Assembly (NCBI RefSeq): GCF_011386835.1
Contig: NC_088797.1
Location: 116,188,001 to 116,252,000 of the forward strand
From: Chrysemys picta bellii
Taxonomy: Eukaryota
Length of the DNA stretch: 64,000 nt
Reading direction: 5' to 3'
The translations under genes and the position numbers were made by a program. This document shows, piece after piece, positions 11,297 through 22,792 of the stretch. The notes under the pieces are model-generated. The model was not told the origin of the DNA, did no database searches, and worked only from the letters and a program-made list of their open reading frames with translations. Every line of letters starts with the position of its first letter. Position 1 is the stretch's first letter.

Positions 11297-12060
11297 TAGG
11301 CTTGGCAGGATTCAATTTAAATTAATATATGTTGGTAAAGTCCATGTCACCTGACATCTGAAACTGACAAAAACACCATATCACTCGGTAACAGTTGGCC
11401 AGAGTGCCTCCCCTAACATTTTGTACCTGCAGGGATCGGGTTTCACCAGCTCAGCAGCAGCACAAATTGCTCTCAGCTGCCTCGCTCACTCACTCTTGTG
11501 ACATCAGGACTGCAAAGAGTTCCCTGCATAGCTGTAGAGCCAGTGACATCCCATCCCTGTAAGCGTAAGGGGTAGGGAAGTATGTGGTCTTGGCAGGACA
11601 GAGCAGAGACGGAGGACAAGCCCCCAGCCCTGGGGGTGGCCACCACATTGTTGTAACAGATGTCGCAGCCCCGCTCACTCAGTCACCAGCCAGGACTGTG
11701 GGAGCTGTCCCTGGCAAGAACTATTCAACAGCACCATATCACCAGAGGTTAGTCTTCCTCTGTGCAGTCCTGGCCGGAGGTCTCTGTTCCACTGGGCCAC
11801 AACCACAGCCTCTCCTGCACCTTGTGCCCTGGGGTCTTTTGGGCCTTTCTGCCATGCTGGGAGTCCCCTGCAGCCCTGCTGTCAGTGCTGAGAACCTCCT
11901 GCAATGCCACTGTCTCTGCTACCCTAACCTTGACCCTCCCCATCAATTTCCAACCGTAAAAATAAATAGTTAAAAATTGAAAATCAAAACCTTGAAAATG
12001 AAAATGTATATTAATTGTTGAAATTAAAAAAAAAATCAAAATGAAATTCTGCCAAGCCCA
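11297..12060. mobile_element. Non-autonomous hAT element, 764 bp, inserted in an L2-like remnant
   Basis: TIRs taggcttggcagga / ttctgccaagccca. Perfect 8-bp TSD gccttaat at 11289-11296 and 12061-12068. The right flank (gtccctgcccccaaagagcttacagtctaa) resembles an L2 3' end. Confidence 0.88.
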
Positions 12061-12569
12061 GCCTTAATCAACACCAAGGCCCCTGCATGCTGAACACTGT
12101 AGATACATAAAGGTGTGCATGTGCAGACATAGTCCCTGCCCCCAAAGAGCTTACAGTCTAATTAGACAGGAGTTCTAGATCTCTGGGCCTTGATCCAACA
12201 AGGCAACTAGCAGTAGGGAGAGCCTGCTGAGGAATGAGAATTTGGTAGGCTCTCCACAGGTTCCAAAAGGAGGCTGACACAGTTTCCATAAAATTCAAAC
12301 TTCTGGATGTTTTTTTAAAATGACCAGACCTTTTAAAGCCTAAAATTAATATACTAAATATTCTAAAATTAACCTGCCAGCACACAATACGTTTTGTCTG
12401 CTAAATCTTCAGTTTCGATGGAAAATTATCCCTCTATTTTCTTTCTGAAAATTCCAGCATTGAAAATTATAAAATCATTACAACGTAAATATAAACATGA
12501 ATAAAGAAGTTATTGTAAATATCTCACTATTGTATATGCACTAACAACAATTGTCTTAATTCTACTTAC

Positions 12570-12753
12570 CATGTCCTCGTATTAACTTCATATCTATAAA
12601 GGTCATCCACCAATCCATATTTATTGCCAGGTAATGCTTTGTATCCACCATGAACATAAATGGATTTTGTCATTTCATCATAGACACTAGTATGACCATA
12701 TCCACCTTGCACAATTGCTCCTTTTGTTTCTGGTACAAGCCATGAATTTGATC
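12570..12753 (-). CDS. ATRNL1: ATRNL1 coding exon, 184 nt (kelch repeats)
   Basis: ctcttccag|GA TCA AAT TCA TGG...ACA TG|gtaagt encodes (R)SNSWLVPETKGAIVQGGYGHTSVYDEMTKSIYVHGGYKALPGNKYGLVDDLYRYEVNTRTW. GGYKALPGNKYGLVDDLY is ATRNL1-like. Phase 1 in, phase 2 out. The next exon (TILKESGF...) was not found in 1-12569. Confidence 0.96.
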
Positions 12754-13006
12754 CTGGAAGAGACATATGAGAGAGATAAAATAAAACTCTAATCTTGCAA
12801 GGACCTACTCCTGGGATAAGTGCTTACTTAACACCCAAAGAAATCAATCGTAAAATCAGGGACTAACAGTTTATATCTTTGAAACCATGTAGAAGTGTTG
12901 GATATATTGTGCATGTTTTTCCAAGTTTTTAAATTGGCTTGGTTCATATTAAAAATACCCCTATGTAGACATAAAACTTTTAAATCTATAATACAAGCAA
13001 GAAATA

Positions 13007-13025
13007 ATAGATAGATAGATAGATA
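13007..13025. repeat. (AGAT)n microsatellite
   Basis: atagatagatagatagata. Confidence 0.8.
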
Positions 13026-15894
13026 TTTAATTTTTATAATGTCATAATCTGAAGGCTAGGCACATTCTTTCCCAACTGAAAAATAACTTTTGCATAAAAT
13101 AAAAGTAATCTTTATTGCCCTTCACCAGTTTACAGTACACACACATGCACAGTAATACATTTGGCATCATGTAATGTTTTGTTTGCTTGTGTGGCTATAA
13201 CTTGTAAGCAGCAGCTGCGTCTAAGATTAACTGTTGGTCAGACATAAATTTAGGCAGAGAAATTACAGCAATAATTACAGCCTTTTATTGGTGATAGAAT
13301 GAGCTTCTAAAAAGAACTGGATCACAACTCATAATAAGCATTCCTCTAAGATCTAATTCCTATACATTCTGATAAATAGAAGGCCAACTGGCAATACCAC
13401 TGTCTGGTAATTCCCAACAATGCTACATATTCTACTTCCTTTCCTCAAAATTTGAAACACTCTTACTGTCATCACCCAATTCACCCTATGAAAACCTTCA
13501 ATATTCTACTATTTTTGGGGTAAATTTGCTATATAACAATCAGATAAAACTACAATTTATATTTAAAGGAACTCCATCAACCTGTATATCTAATTTTTTT
13601 AACTGAATATAGTTATTCACTATATTTATAAGTAACACCTACAATTATTAAAAGTGAAAGAAGCCGGCAACAAAAAGAAGCCCCCCCCCCCCCCCCAATT
13701 TGTTTACTCTGTGCATTTGACTCTATTCTGTGTAACACCATTTCCACTGCTTTGTTGATGGCCAATTGAGCTTCCTGTCTCATGTACTAACATGATGACA
13801 ATCTATTTCACCCTTCAGGGAAGGCTCAGCTGCATGCTCTTTTCCTGGCTCTCCAAATCTATGTTTACCAGTATCAACAGCAAACAAACTGAGGAGATGG
13901 TATGCAGGCATGTGCACAAAACAGAAGAACAACAAAAGACTGAATATATTGAGTGCTGTTGCTCTGCCTTATTTTTTAATAAGACCCTGATAAATATCTT
14001 CTTGGTATATAAAGAAAATATAATTCTGTGCACTTTATTTAAGCCATCGCTTCAGTCAGGCACATAAGTATGTACTTAAATTAAAGAATGTGAGTAAATC
14101 CTTCCCTACTCAGTAAATTAATTAAGCACATAATTAACTTCAAGAATAAATCATCCTATTGAAGTCAATGGGACTTCAGCACACACTTAAACTTAAGTAC
14201 ATACTTTTGTGCTCGGATGAATTGATGTCTAGGCAGTATTCTATCAGAAGTATAGTTTGTTTGTTTTAAATTAGTCAACTTCAGGACTTCAAGTTAACAG
14301 TATCCTTATAACGAAAACAAGAAGGTAACATTTATTGCAACAGTCCAACAATGTTTATTATACTTGCATATTCAGATAAAAAAGTAATACCATAGGGTAG
14401 TAATACAATAAATCCAATTAAACAAAATCTGGCAACAACCCTGATTTTAAAGTCATGTAATGCAGTGTAACTGTAGAGGGGAAAATGTACATATATTTCA
14501 TATCCATTTCAAATACATTTGTCACAATATACAGTTATTTTCAGAATAATTATAATAATTTTTCTTTCAAATTAAGCATATTTTAACAAAATTGTCCTTT
14601 GGCTCCTTCCCCCAGTTACCAAGGTCTCTTTGATAGTGTGTCTGTTACCTTGTTTTAGAAAGCAGACACTTTAAAACTTTTTCCTAGAAAAATATAGTTC
14701 CACCTCTATAACTTGGCTAACATTCTTTATCCACTGATCATTTCAGATTACCTGACACAACTAAATTTTAATAAAAGTACTAAGATTTGAACACCATATT
14801 TTGCTGTACTGCGCAGTGATAAAAATTATCACCAAAAAACCTATTCATCAAATAAAACAACTTTTTATATATGAGTAATAAAATACAACTCCTAAGTCAT
14901 CAGGACTAGCTTAATATTCAGATTGCTACAGTGAATTTAATCACTTTACTGCAAACCTTAACTCATTTTTTGTTTTAAATTCAACAACTGTTGGCTTGAT
15001 TATTGTTCTGAAACATAGGTCATATTATATTATTTGGTATTTTTGTTATAAGCCCACAATGCAGAAAGGACAGAACATATTTATAGGTCAGTAGACACAA
15101 TAACTTCTCATGAAGTGTGCTAGATACAAATGGACAATTAGCTTCAGAAGCTAATAAAGAGAGACTATTAAACTAATCCATCTGAATTTGCAACCATTGC
15201 TTGTTAGTTATTTAATTGACAATATGGCTCAACAGTTCAGCTGCTGAAATTCACAAAAGGATAAGTCTGTTAATAGCAAATTTAATGTAAAAGCAAAGTC
15301 ATGTACAAATCTACTTTCCACATCACATTTCAAACCAAGAACATCAGGTCAAGCCAGCCAGTTTGTAAAAGTTGTGCTAATCACAGATGCTTCTCTGGGT
15401 CTGGGTTTTTAGGGAGTATATCAGTACAATACTACGGCATCCTCCAGAAGAAACACATGACCACTTCACTTGATAGCTATGGAAAGTAGGAAAAGGCTAC
15501 CGCATTCTGGGTGAATGCAGCAAAAGATGCAAGCCCAAGAACTACATCTGGATACCCTGTATGTGGGAACAATGTCAGGAAAATCAAGAGCAGTAGTTGA
15601 GACTCTGAAGAGAAGAAGAATGTACATTGTATACAAGAACCAAAATGGAAGGGGTTGAAATCCACAAACATCAGGGATGGTTACAAGATAATGTATGATG
15701 GTTCAGTAGCAAGGAGGAATGGGGTAAAAATAATCATAGCAGAAATATTAAAGAATAAGGTAGCAGACATCCAAAGGAATAGTGGCTCATGAAAGTTAGA
15801 ATAGCACTGAGCAGAGAACATATATTTAATGTTATATGCACATACATGCCGCAGGTTGGCTATATGATTGAGTAGGAGGAGGAATACAAGATGG

Positions 15895-18258
15895 GAGTGA
15901 AGTGCAGTGGTTCCAATGTTAGTAGGAATCTGTGTTTGCTACGTATGATACACTGACTTGCAGTGCCTATTGCTTTCCTGGGTTAAGGTATCTTTTACTT
16001 TATGCAATAATAAAGAATGTTTTCAAAGAAAATAATCCATTTATTGAAAAGAAAATGCATTTATTGAAAAGAAACACAACTGCTTGGGAAACAGAAAGTG
16101 CAAGGGGGTGGGGTGGGGAATGATACAATCACAGATTTGCATATGTTCTGTTACCATACTCAGCCTTCCTGTCTGGAGTGCTGTGCAATGAGTGCTGCAC
16201 TTCAGGATGGCTATACTGCATGGTGATGGGGTTGAGTGCAGTGGGTAAGGGACGCAGTTTTCAGGGCTGGGGGGTGAAACTACAGCTGTTGGAGGCAGCT
16301 GGTGGCGATAAGAACCCGGATGTTGGGGAAAGTGGGTTGGAGGTGACATGGGGCCACAAGGGAAAGAGTTTCGGGACAAGGGCTGCAGGGGGGTGCAGGC
16401 ACGGTAGTGCTCCGCCTGCATGGCTACAAGTGCCTGGATCAAGTCCGCTTGGTGCTCCATGATGCTTATCAGCTGCTCCGTGCTTTGGTGCCGGCGATCC
16501 GCATTTTGCTGGCAGACCCTCCTTTCACTCTCCCACCACTCCTGCACTTTTCGATTTTCATTAAGGGAGTGAGTGCTTCATGACTTCATGCAGCATGTCC
16601 TCTTTGCTTCTAAGTGGCCTCTTCCTGATTCTTTGCAGCCTCTCGGCTGGTGAAAACACAGACGGCCGAGATCTCAAGGTTGCATCTGTAAAGGCAAAAT
16701 GCAACATTAACAGAGGCGGCATTGTTCACACCAGACAGAGCAATGATTCCCCTGTACTTAAGGAGGGCACGCAGTCTACACAATAGCATAATTTGCCCGT
16801 CCCAAAGTGAGCACACACAACCCACGGGAGCCACAAAATGGTGAGTAAGCACAGGGTCAGGGGGGACTGATTCTTTCATGGCTGTACTGTCCTTTCGGTT
16901 TCTGTGCCTTCGGGAGAACCAACAGCTGCAAGGGGCCCCTATACTGAACACTGTCCCCACATTTTCCACAGGAGTTCGTCCTGGAAGATATCTCACTGCT
17001 GAGGGTGACCTGGGAAGCAAGGGAGGGTCTTCTAATGCAGCTTCCACCCTGGCCCATATGCAGCTTGCCTGTGTGCAGCAATGGTCCCACTGCCCTTCAC
17101 AGCACAGTGGCGTAGACACATTAGCCTGACTGGGACAAGGACCACAGCAGCTCTCCCAAGAAACCTGCGCAAGCGCATTGCCCAAGTTCTCACTGAGACC
17201 TTTGAAGAGATCACTGAGGCCGATTACCGCGATGTGAGAGAGCACATCAATGCCCTATTCCGTATCTAGGCATGCATGCAACCCTAACCCTCCTTGCCCC
17301 AAGAACCCACACCGAATAACTTCCTTCCCAAAATAAAAGCCACTTACCGGGAACCTCCTCTGGTGTTTGTCCTTCCCCAACCACTGGCCGCTGCAACTGG
17401 CTACCTTGCTCCTGGCTTGAGAATAGGTCCTGGCTTCATGCATCTAGGGATGCCGGAGTGTCTTCCTCCTCCTCAGCACCCTCGCTCCCACTTTGCTCCT
17501 CCTCCTGCCTTGTTGGACTGGGCTCTGAAGTGTTCATGGTGGTACTCAGAGTGGAGGTGGATCACCCCCAAGTATCGTGTCCAGCATTTTGTAAAAATGG
17601 CAGGTTGCAGGAGCAGCACCAGAGCACCTGTTTGCCTCGCGGGCGTTGCGGTAAGCATTCCACAGCTCCTTCACTTTAACCCTGTACTGCAGAGCGTCCT
17701 GGTGATGGCCCCTTTCCATCATGTCCCTTGATATCTGCCTGAAGGTATCTTAATTCCTACAGCTGGAGCGCAGCTGCAACTGGACAGCTTCCTCCCCCCA
17801 AACACTGATGAGGTTCAGCACCTTGACATTGCTCCATACTCGGGATCCCCTGGCGTGTGGAGGCATGGTCACCTGGAAAGATTCGCTGAGAGCACTCCAC
17901 ACCTGAATGAGCAAACGGGAAGGGGATTTTCAAAATTCCCTGAGAATTTAAAGGGCGGGTCTGATGGTTGGTCACCTGAGGGCAGGGCAGTAGAGTTCAA
18001 TGATGACCAGAGTGGCTAGAACATGCATTGTGGGACACTTCTGGAGGCCAATCAGAGCGCATTAACAGACCATGGCGTCCACACTGGTGCTGCGGCGTTC
18101 CAGCCGGGGCGCATCAAACATTATTCCACTCGCCGAGATGAAGTACCAGGATCACTCTAGCCAGAATGCTCTATGTGCCTTGCAAGCGTGGACGGGTTGT
18201 GAGTTAGAGCGCACTGGGCTGCTTTAATGCGCTCTAACTCGCAAGTGTAGCCATGTCC
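15895..18258. mobile_element. Harbinger copy 1 (right half only; transposase and left TIR deleted)
   Basis: Colinear with 50.1-52.8 kb of copy 2. Right TIR caagtgtagccatgtcc ends at 18258. Confidence 0.92.
16129..17866 (-). pseudogene. Harbinger Myb/SANT-like DNA-binding protein gene, spliced (exons 17866-17348 and 16685-16129)
   Basis: Donor CCCG|gtaagt and acceptor ttttgcctttacag|AT join ...GQTPEEVP-D-ATLRSRPSV... in frame. Stops and frameshifts are present. Confidence 0.75.
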
Positions 18259-19961
18259 TGAGATTTAAGGATGAGGTACTGCAGCCACTGCACAATGACC
18301 AAACCAACTACGATGATACCAATGAGATTTGGTGAAAAACATCCAATTTTACAGAAAGTGCAAAGGAAGCCTCTTGCCAAACAAAAGGAGATAAATTTCA
18401 TGGCAAGAAGACATGATGGTCCAGCAATGTGCAGGAGCAGTAAAGAAGGAGGAAAGGTTTAAGCCATGGCAGAAAATAAAAATGGTGCAAAAGTTATGAG
18501 GAATACAAGCTTTAAAGAAAACAGCAAAAAGAACAGTTGTGGAAGTTCAGAGGCAGGCATTTAAAACTTTATACGCAGGACTACTAAAGAAAGAAAGGGA
18601 AAAACAAAATGTAGATTAGACAAGATTAGGCAAAGAAGCATAGAGGACTTGGTAGCAATGAAGTGTGTCAAAGAAGAAAATGGAAGACATTGAACTCATT
18701 AGGAAGTAACAGTGATTTTATGAGAAACTGTTCAATGAAAAGAATGCAAAGAAACACTTGAGCGAAGTATGCACAAGCAATAACCACACAAGATCTATCA
18801 CCATGGTGGAGACTCAGATAGCACTAAAAATGATGAAATATGGGAAGGCAGAGGTCCATGGTACCAAATGAGGTATTTAGAGTATTAGGCCATGAGGGTA
18901 TGGTGGTGATGAACTTTTTCAACTTAATTTTATCTACTGGAAAAATACCCAACAAGCAGAGGAAGAGCACACTGGTCCCTATCTTCAAAAATAAAGGAGA
19001 TTGCTAGAATGTGGTAATATTCAGTGAGTCACATGATGAAATGGTTGGAAAGAAGACTTTGGATAGAGCTGGAACATCAAGTAAGCGACGACCAATTTGG
19101 GTTTATGCCAGGAAGAGCAACAATGGATGCGGTGTTTGCAGCCCAAATACTGCAGGAGAAGTACAGAGAAATGCACGGAATTACATTTAGTGTTTCTGGG
19201 TTTAGAAAAGGCTTATGATGGAGTTTCTACAGAGTTGTTATGGTGGTGCCTGCAGTCCGGCAATCTGCTGGAGACATTTGTTCAGAATATTATGTACGAG
19301 GGTAGCACAATGGTAGTAAGATGTAGCAGCTTCAGTGAGTCATTCACTGTGGGGGTAGGTCTAAATCAAGGATCACCCTTAAGCCCATTGCTATTTGGAC
19401 TGTAATGGACATCTTGGCACAGGAGATTAGGGAAGAGCATGCTTTTTGCCAATGACATTAAATTATGCCATGAAGATAAATATAAATTGGAAATGGACCT
19501 AGAACTATGGAAGGCTGCATTAGAAGAAAATGGCTTATGACCAACTGACAAGACAGAATATATGCAATACTTCACTGATAGGAAGCATGAGAAGCCAGTA
19601 AAACTAGATGGCCTACAGTTAACATTTGTGCAACAACTTAAATACCTCAGTTCAGTGTTGAGCTTCGATAAGAATGTGGATGCGGATGTTAGGAGCCACA
19701 CGAAGAGTGCTTGGTATAAATGGAGGGAGGTGACAGGAATTCTCTGTGATAAGAATATGCCAAATAAACTAAAGAACAAAGTGTATAAGATGATGATTAC
19801 GCGAGCCATGATGTATGTATTGGAATGCTGGCCAATGAGGAAGAGAGAACCACCACTACTTCACAGTACCACAATTAGAATGCTCAGGTGGATGCTGGCT
19901 AAGACAGGAGTTGATAGGCTACACAATGAAATGGCAGGAGCCATATGCAGGTTGCCCCCAT

Positions 19962-20217
19962 CACAGGCGTCTGCTTTTTCCTTTCCTTGGGGGTGCTCAA
20001 ACCCTGCTCAGCCCCAGGACCCGCACCTACTCCACCCCTTCCCCAAGGCCCTCCACTATTCCCGCCTCCGATCCGTCACTCCCCCACCTCTTCCCCCTGT
20101 ACCCCAGTGCCTCCTACATGCCACAGGACCACCGGTGGGTGGGAGGCACTGGGGGTGAGGGGGATGGCTGCCAGTGGGTGCTAAGCACCCACTAATTTTT
20201 TTATGTGGGTGCTCCAG
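19962..20217. mobile_element. GC-rich MITE fragment inside the RTE 3' region
   Basis: Interrupts the RTE between ...gcccccat and aaaaagatgagggagtatcgactgagatgg. Contains gggtgctaagcaccc; right end missing. Confidence 0.5.
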
Positions 20218-20900
20218 AAAAGATGAGGGAGTATCGACTGAGATGGATAGGTGCGAGACTGCCACAGGTGGAATACGTTGGCCAGACAGAACAAGAGCTA
20301 GAAGCCATAGGACAAAGAATCACGATGAAGACCTAAAAATAGGTGGTTCAAGATGGTGAAGAAGGACATGCAGGAAGTTGGTGTCAGCATAGAAGACACA
20401 CTGGATAAGAATGCTTGGAGACAAAGAACAAGAGCCACCGACCCTAATGGAACAACATGAAGGCAAAAAAAGATTGCTTTTTAATCCCTCAGCCTCAAAG
20501 TGTTTTACCAAGTTTTCATCACTATTACAAATAGGATAAATGAAGCAGAGAGGTTAAGTAATTTGCCTGTGGTTGTACCTTAGGTCAATCGCACAACATT
20601 TAGTCCTGCATTTAGTCTGCAATGTCTTGTCAAAACTACACTTTCAATTCAGCTCCATTCATGTATTTAAAAAGTATGCAAGCTCACGGACACTCACTAT
20701 GTAAAAAATGGAGTCAGGATGAGAGAGGGGCCAATTTTCAGCCATCAAAAGTATTATATTTCAACTTAGACTCATTCCAGGGCCATATCTAATTTTTTTC
20801 TTGTCTTCCTGGTTCTAAGACTACCTGAACTCTGCTGATGATTTAATAGGCCACCTCAGCAGCATGGAGGAAGGAAACACTTGCTGGAGAAGCCTTAAAT

Positions 20901-21110
20901 CAGTTGTTCTCAAACTTTTGTACTGGTGACCCCTTTCACATAGCAAGCCTCTGAGTGCGACCCCTCCCCCCGATAAATTAAAAATACTTTTTTATATATT
21001 TAACACCATTATAAATGCTGGAGGCAAAGCTGACAGCTTGCGACCCCCCCCCCCATGTAATAACCTCACAACCCCCTGAGGGGTTCTGACCCCCAGTTTG
21101 AGAACCCCTG
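20901..21110. mobile_element. hAT-Charlie-type MITE, 210 bp
   Basis: TIRs cagttgttctcaaac / gtttgagaacccctg. TSD ccttaaat / ccttaaac (7/8). Confidence 0.85.
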
Positions 21111-21123
21111 CCTTAAACGTTAA

Positions 21124-21227
21124 GGCTGGGGTTTTCAAAAGAGCCTATGGGTGTTTTGAAAAGGACCTACGAAAGGCAATGGGAGTTGGACACTTAACTC
21201 CCTTACACTCTTTTGAAAATCCCAGTC
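21124..21227. mobile_element. Palindromic 104-bp MITE with TAA TSD (PIF/Harbinger-like)
   Basis: ggctggggttttcaaaagag ... ctcttttgaaaatcccagtc, with taa on both sides. Confidence 0.7.
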
Positions 21228-22792
21228 TAAAGTATACAGGTGTGGAAAGTTTTCCCCTATGTAGAGCAGAGGTTTGCAAATTTATAAGCCACAGTGGCTG
21301 CTATGATATAGGTTATTTTGCCACAGTTACCAAATAATGGCATATACTGGCTCCAACTTAACTTAAAGGCCACATTAGAGTCCATTTTTCTCCTCTATCT
21401 CACCTAACACAGGTAGGCAGACTGACCTTATAGAAGAAAAACAAAATATTGTTGTCTGCTTGGTGGCAAACTACATCACTTTACGGCCACTATAGTTGAA
21501 ATCCAAATTTCAGCACACACTTTTCAGACACTACCTTCTTAAGCAAGTTAAATCTTTTGTGCAAAAGGCAGACACAATAAAATCAATTTCCATGGGATGG
21601 ATGACAGCAGCTTTATTCTTATCCATCTTTGGTGAATTGTAATATATGAACATAGCTAGTAGACTATGTTGCATTGTTCTTTTGCTCTTAGCTAGTGTTG
21701 AAATTTAGGGCGTATACCCTTTTAATGAAAATACAATATAACTGGTATCACACCACACCCCAAACCAACTGCTGGATATCTCTTAACTATTAAGGACTGT
21801 GTCTACGAGCATGCCTCAGAAATCTATACCCAATGACTTCAAATTTTATGTGCAGGCTACATAATACTTACCAGTAAATAAATACACTTTGTACAATTTA
21901 GATAAAAATAGGAGTTGATATGCTGAAAATCCTACCCCTCAATCCTCTTGCCTATCATGTCACAGACCTGTTTAAGCCTCTCGTGGGAAAAAATAAATAT
22001 TTCTCTGGGAAAACATATATGGTACTGTTGACCCAATGAGTTACACTTTGATTCTACTTTTAGTATTCTTATTTGTCTTATTCAAATAATATTTTGCATG
22101 GTAAATTGTCTGAGTAAACTCTGTCTAAATACTGTATGAGCTCTCTGAAAAATAGAGGAAGAGAAAAGAGTTTTTATTCCTTGTATTTAAATCTTACGAA
22201 CTGAATGGACAGTTAGGAATTTTAGTTAGAGAAGTTTTCAGTGCCAAAACCAAATAAGGAAATCACTCCCGTAGTCAGGGCTTGCCAGTAGTGTCCTCTT
22301 GTAATTTGAATCTTAACAAAGAACTTGATGTCTTCTGTCAAAACTTTGATAGTTTTCCAAAGACAGCAGAAACATTTTTTTGCCAAGTGCATAGATAACT
22401 CACTACAGTAACTTAAGATCAATTAAGTATGCCAGGTACTAAACACATGGTCAAGGTTAATTACTGCCCCTATCCTGATCATCCTCATCAAATAGAATCA
22501 GGCATTCCAGATCCAGCTCTACTACTCTCATTTCCAGAAGACTGATCCAGTCTATAGCATGGTTAAATGCTTATGCTCATTAAGTAAAATCATACCCAAA
22601 GATGCTTCACATTCAGTCAGCAAAACACAGCAAAGCAGGTGAAGTCACAGACAACTCCCCCAAATATTAGAAGAATAATTTTCCATGAGGATGCCTGATG
22701 TTTAATTCTCATTGCATTACAATAAAAATATACTTCATAAATGTTCTGGAAACTAGGACTGTTGCTCAATCAAAGGGAGCAGGGGAAGGAAC

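Larger units (their letters stand above)
15540..20470 (+). mobile_element. RTE-clade LINE, degraded and interrupted by Harbinger copy 1 and a MITE
   Basis: APE remnant (CIQEPKWKG...DGYKIMYDG...RNGV) at about 15.6 kb. RT remnants STLVPIFKNKGD, QFGFMPGRATMDAVF, LEKAYD, GVGLNQGSPLSPLLF and KYLSSV...AWYKWREVTGILCDKNMP at 18.9-19.9 kb. Multiple frameshifts and stops. Confidence 0.88.

Noticed and set aside
1-12500. Search for the next ATRNL1 exon (TILKESGFARYLHSAV...) and, beyond 61900, the preceding exon
   Set aside because: No matching coding sequence with splice sites was found; both presumably lie outside the window.
16610-17245. 211-aa minus-strand ORF inside the Harbinger Myb intron
   Set aside because: It enters Myb exon 2 in the wrong frame, is closed by TAG TAG in copy 2 (near 51563), and has no recognisable motif. 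It remains the competing reading if the 5-nt indel proves to be an insertion in copy 2.
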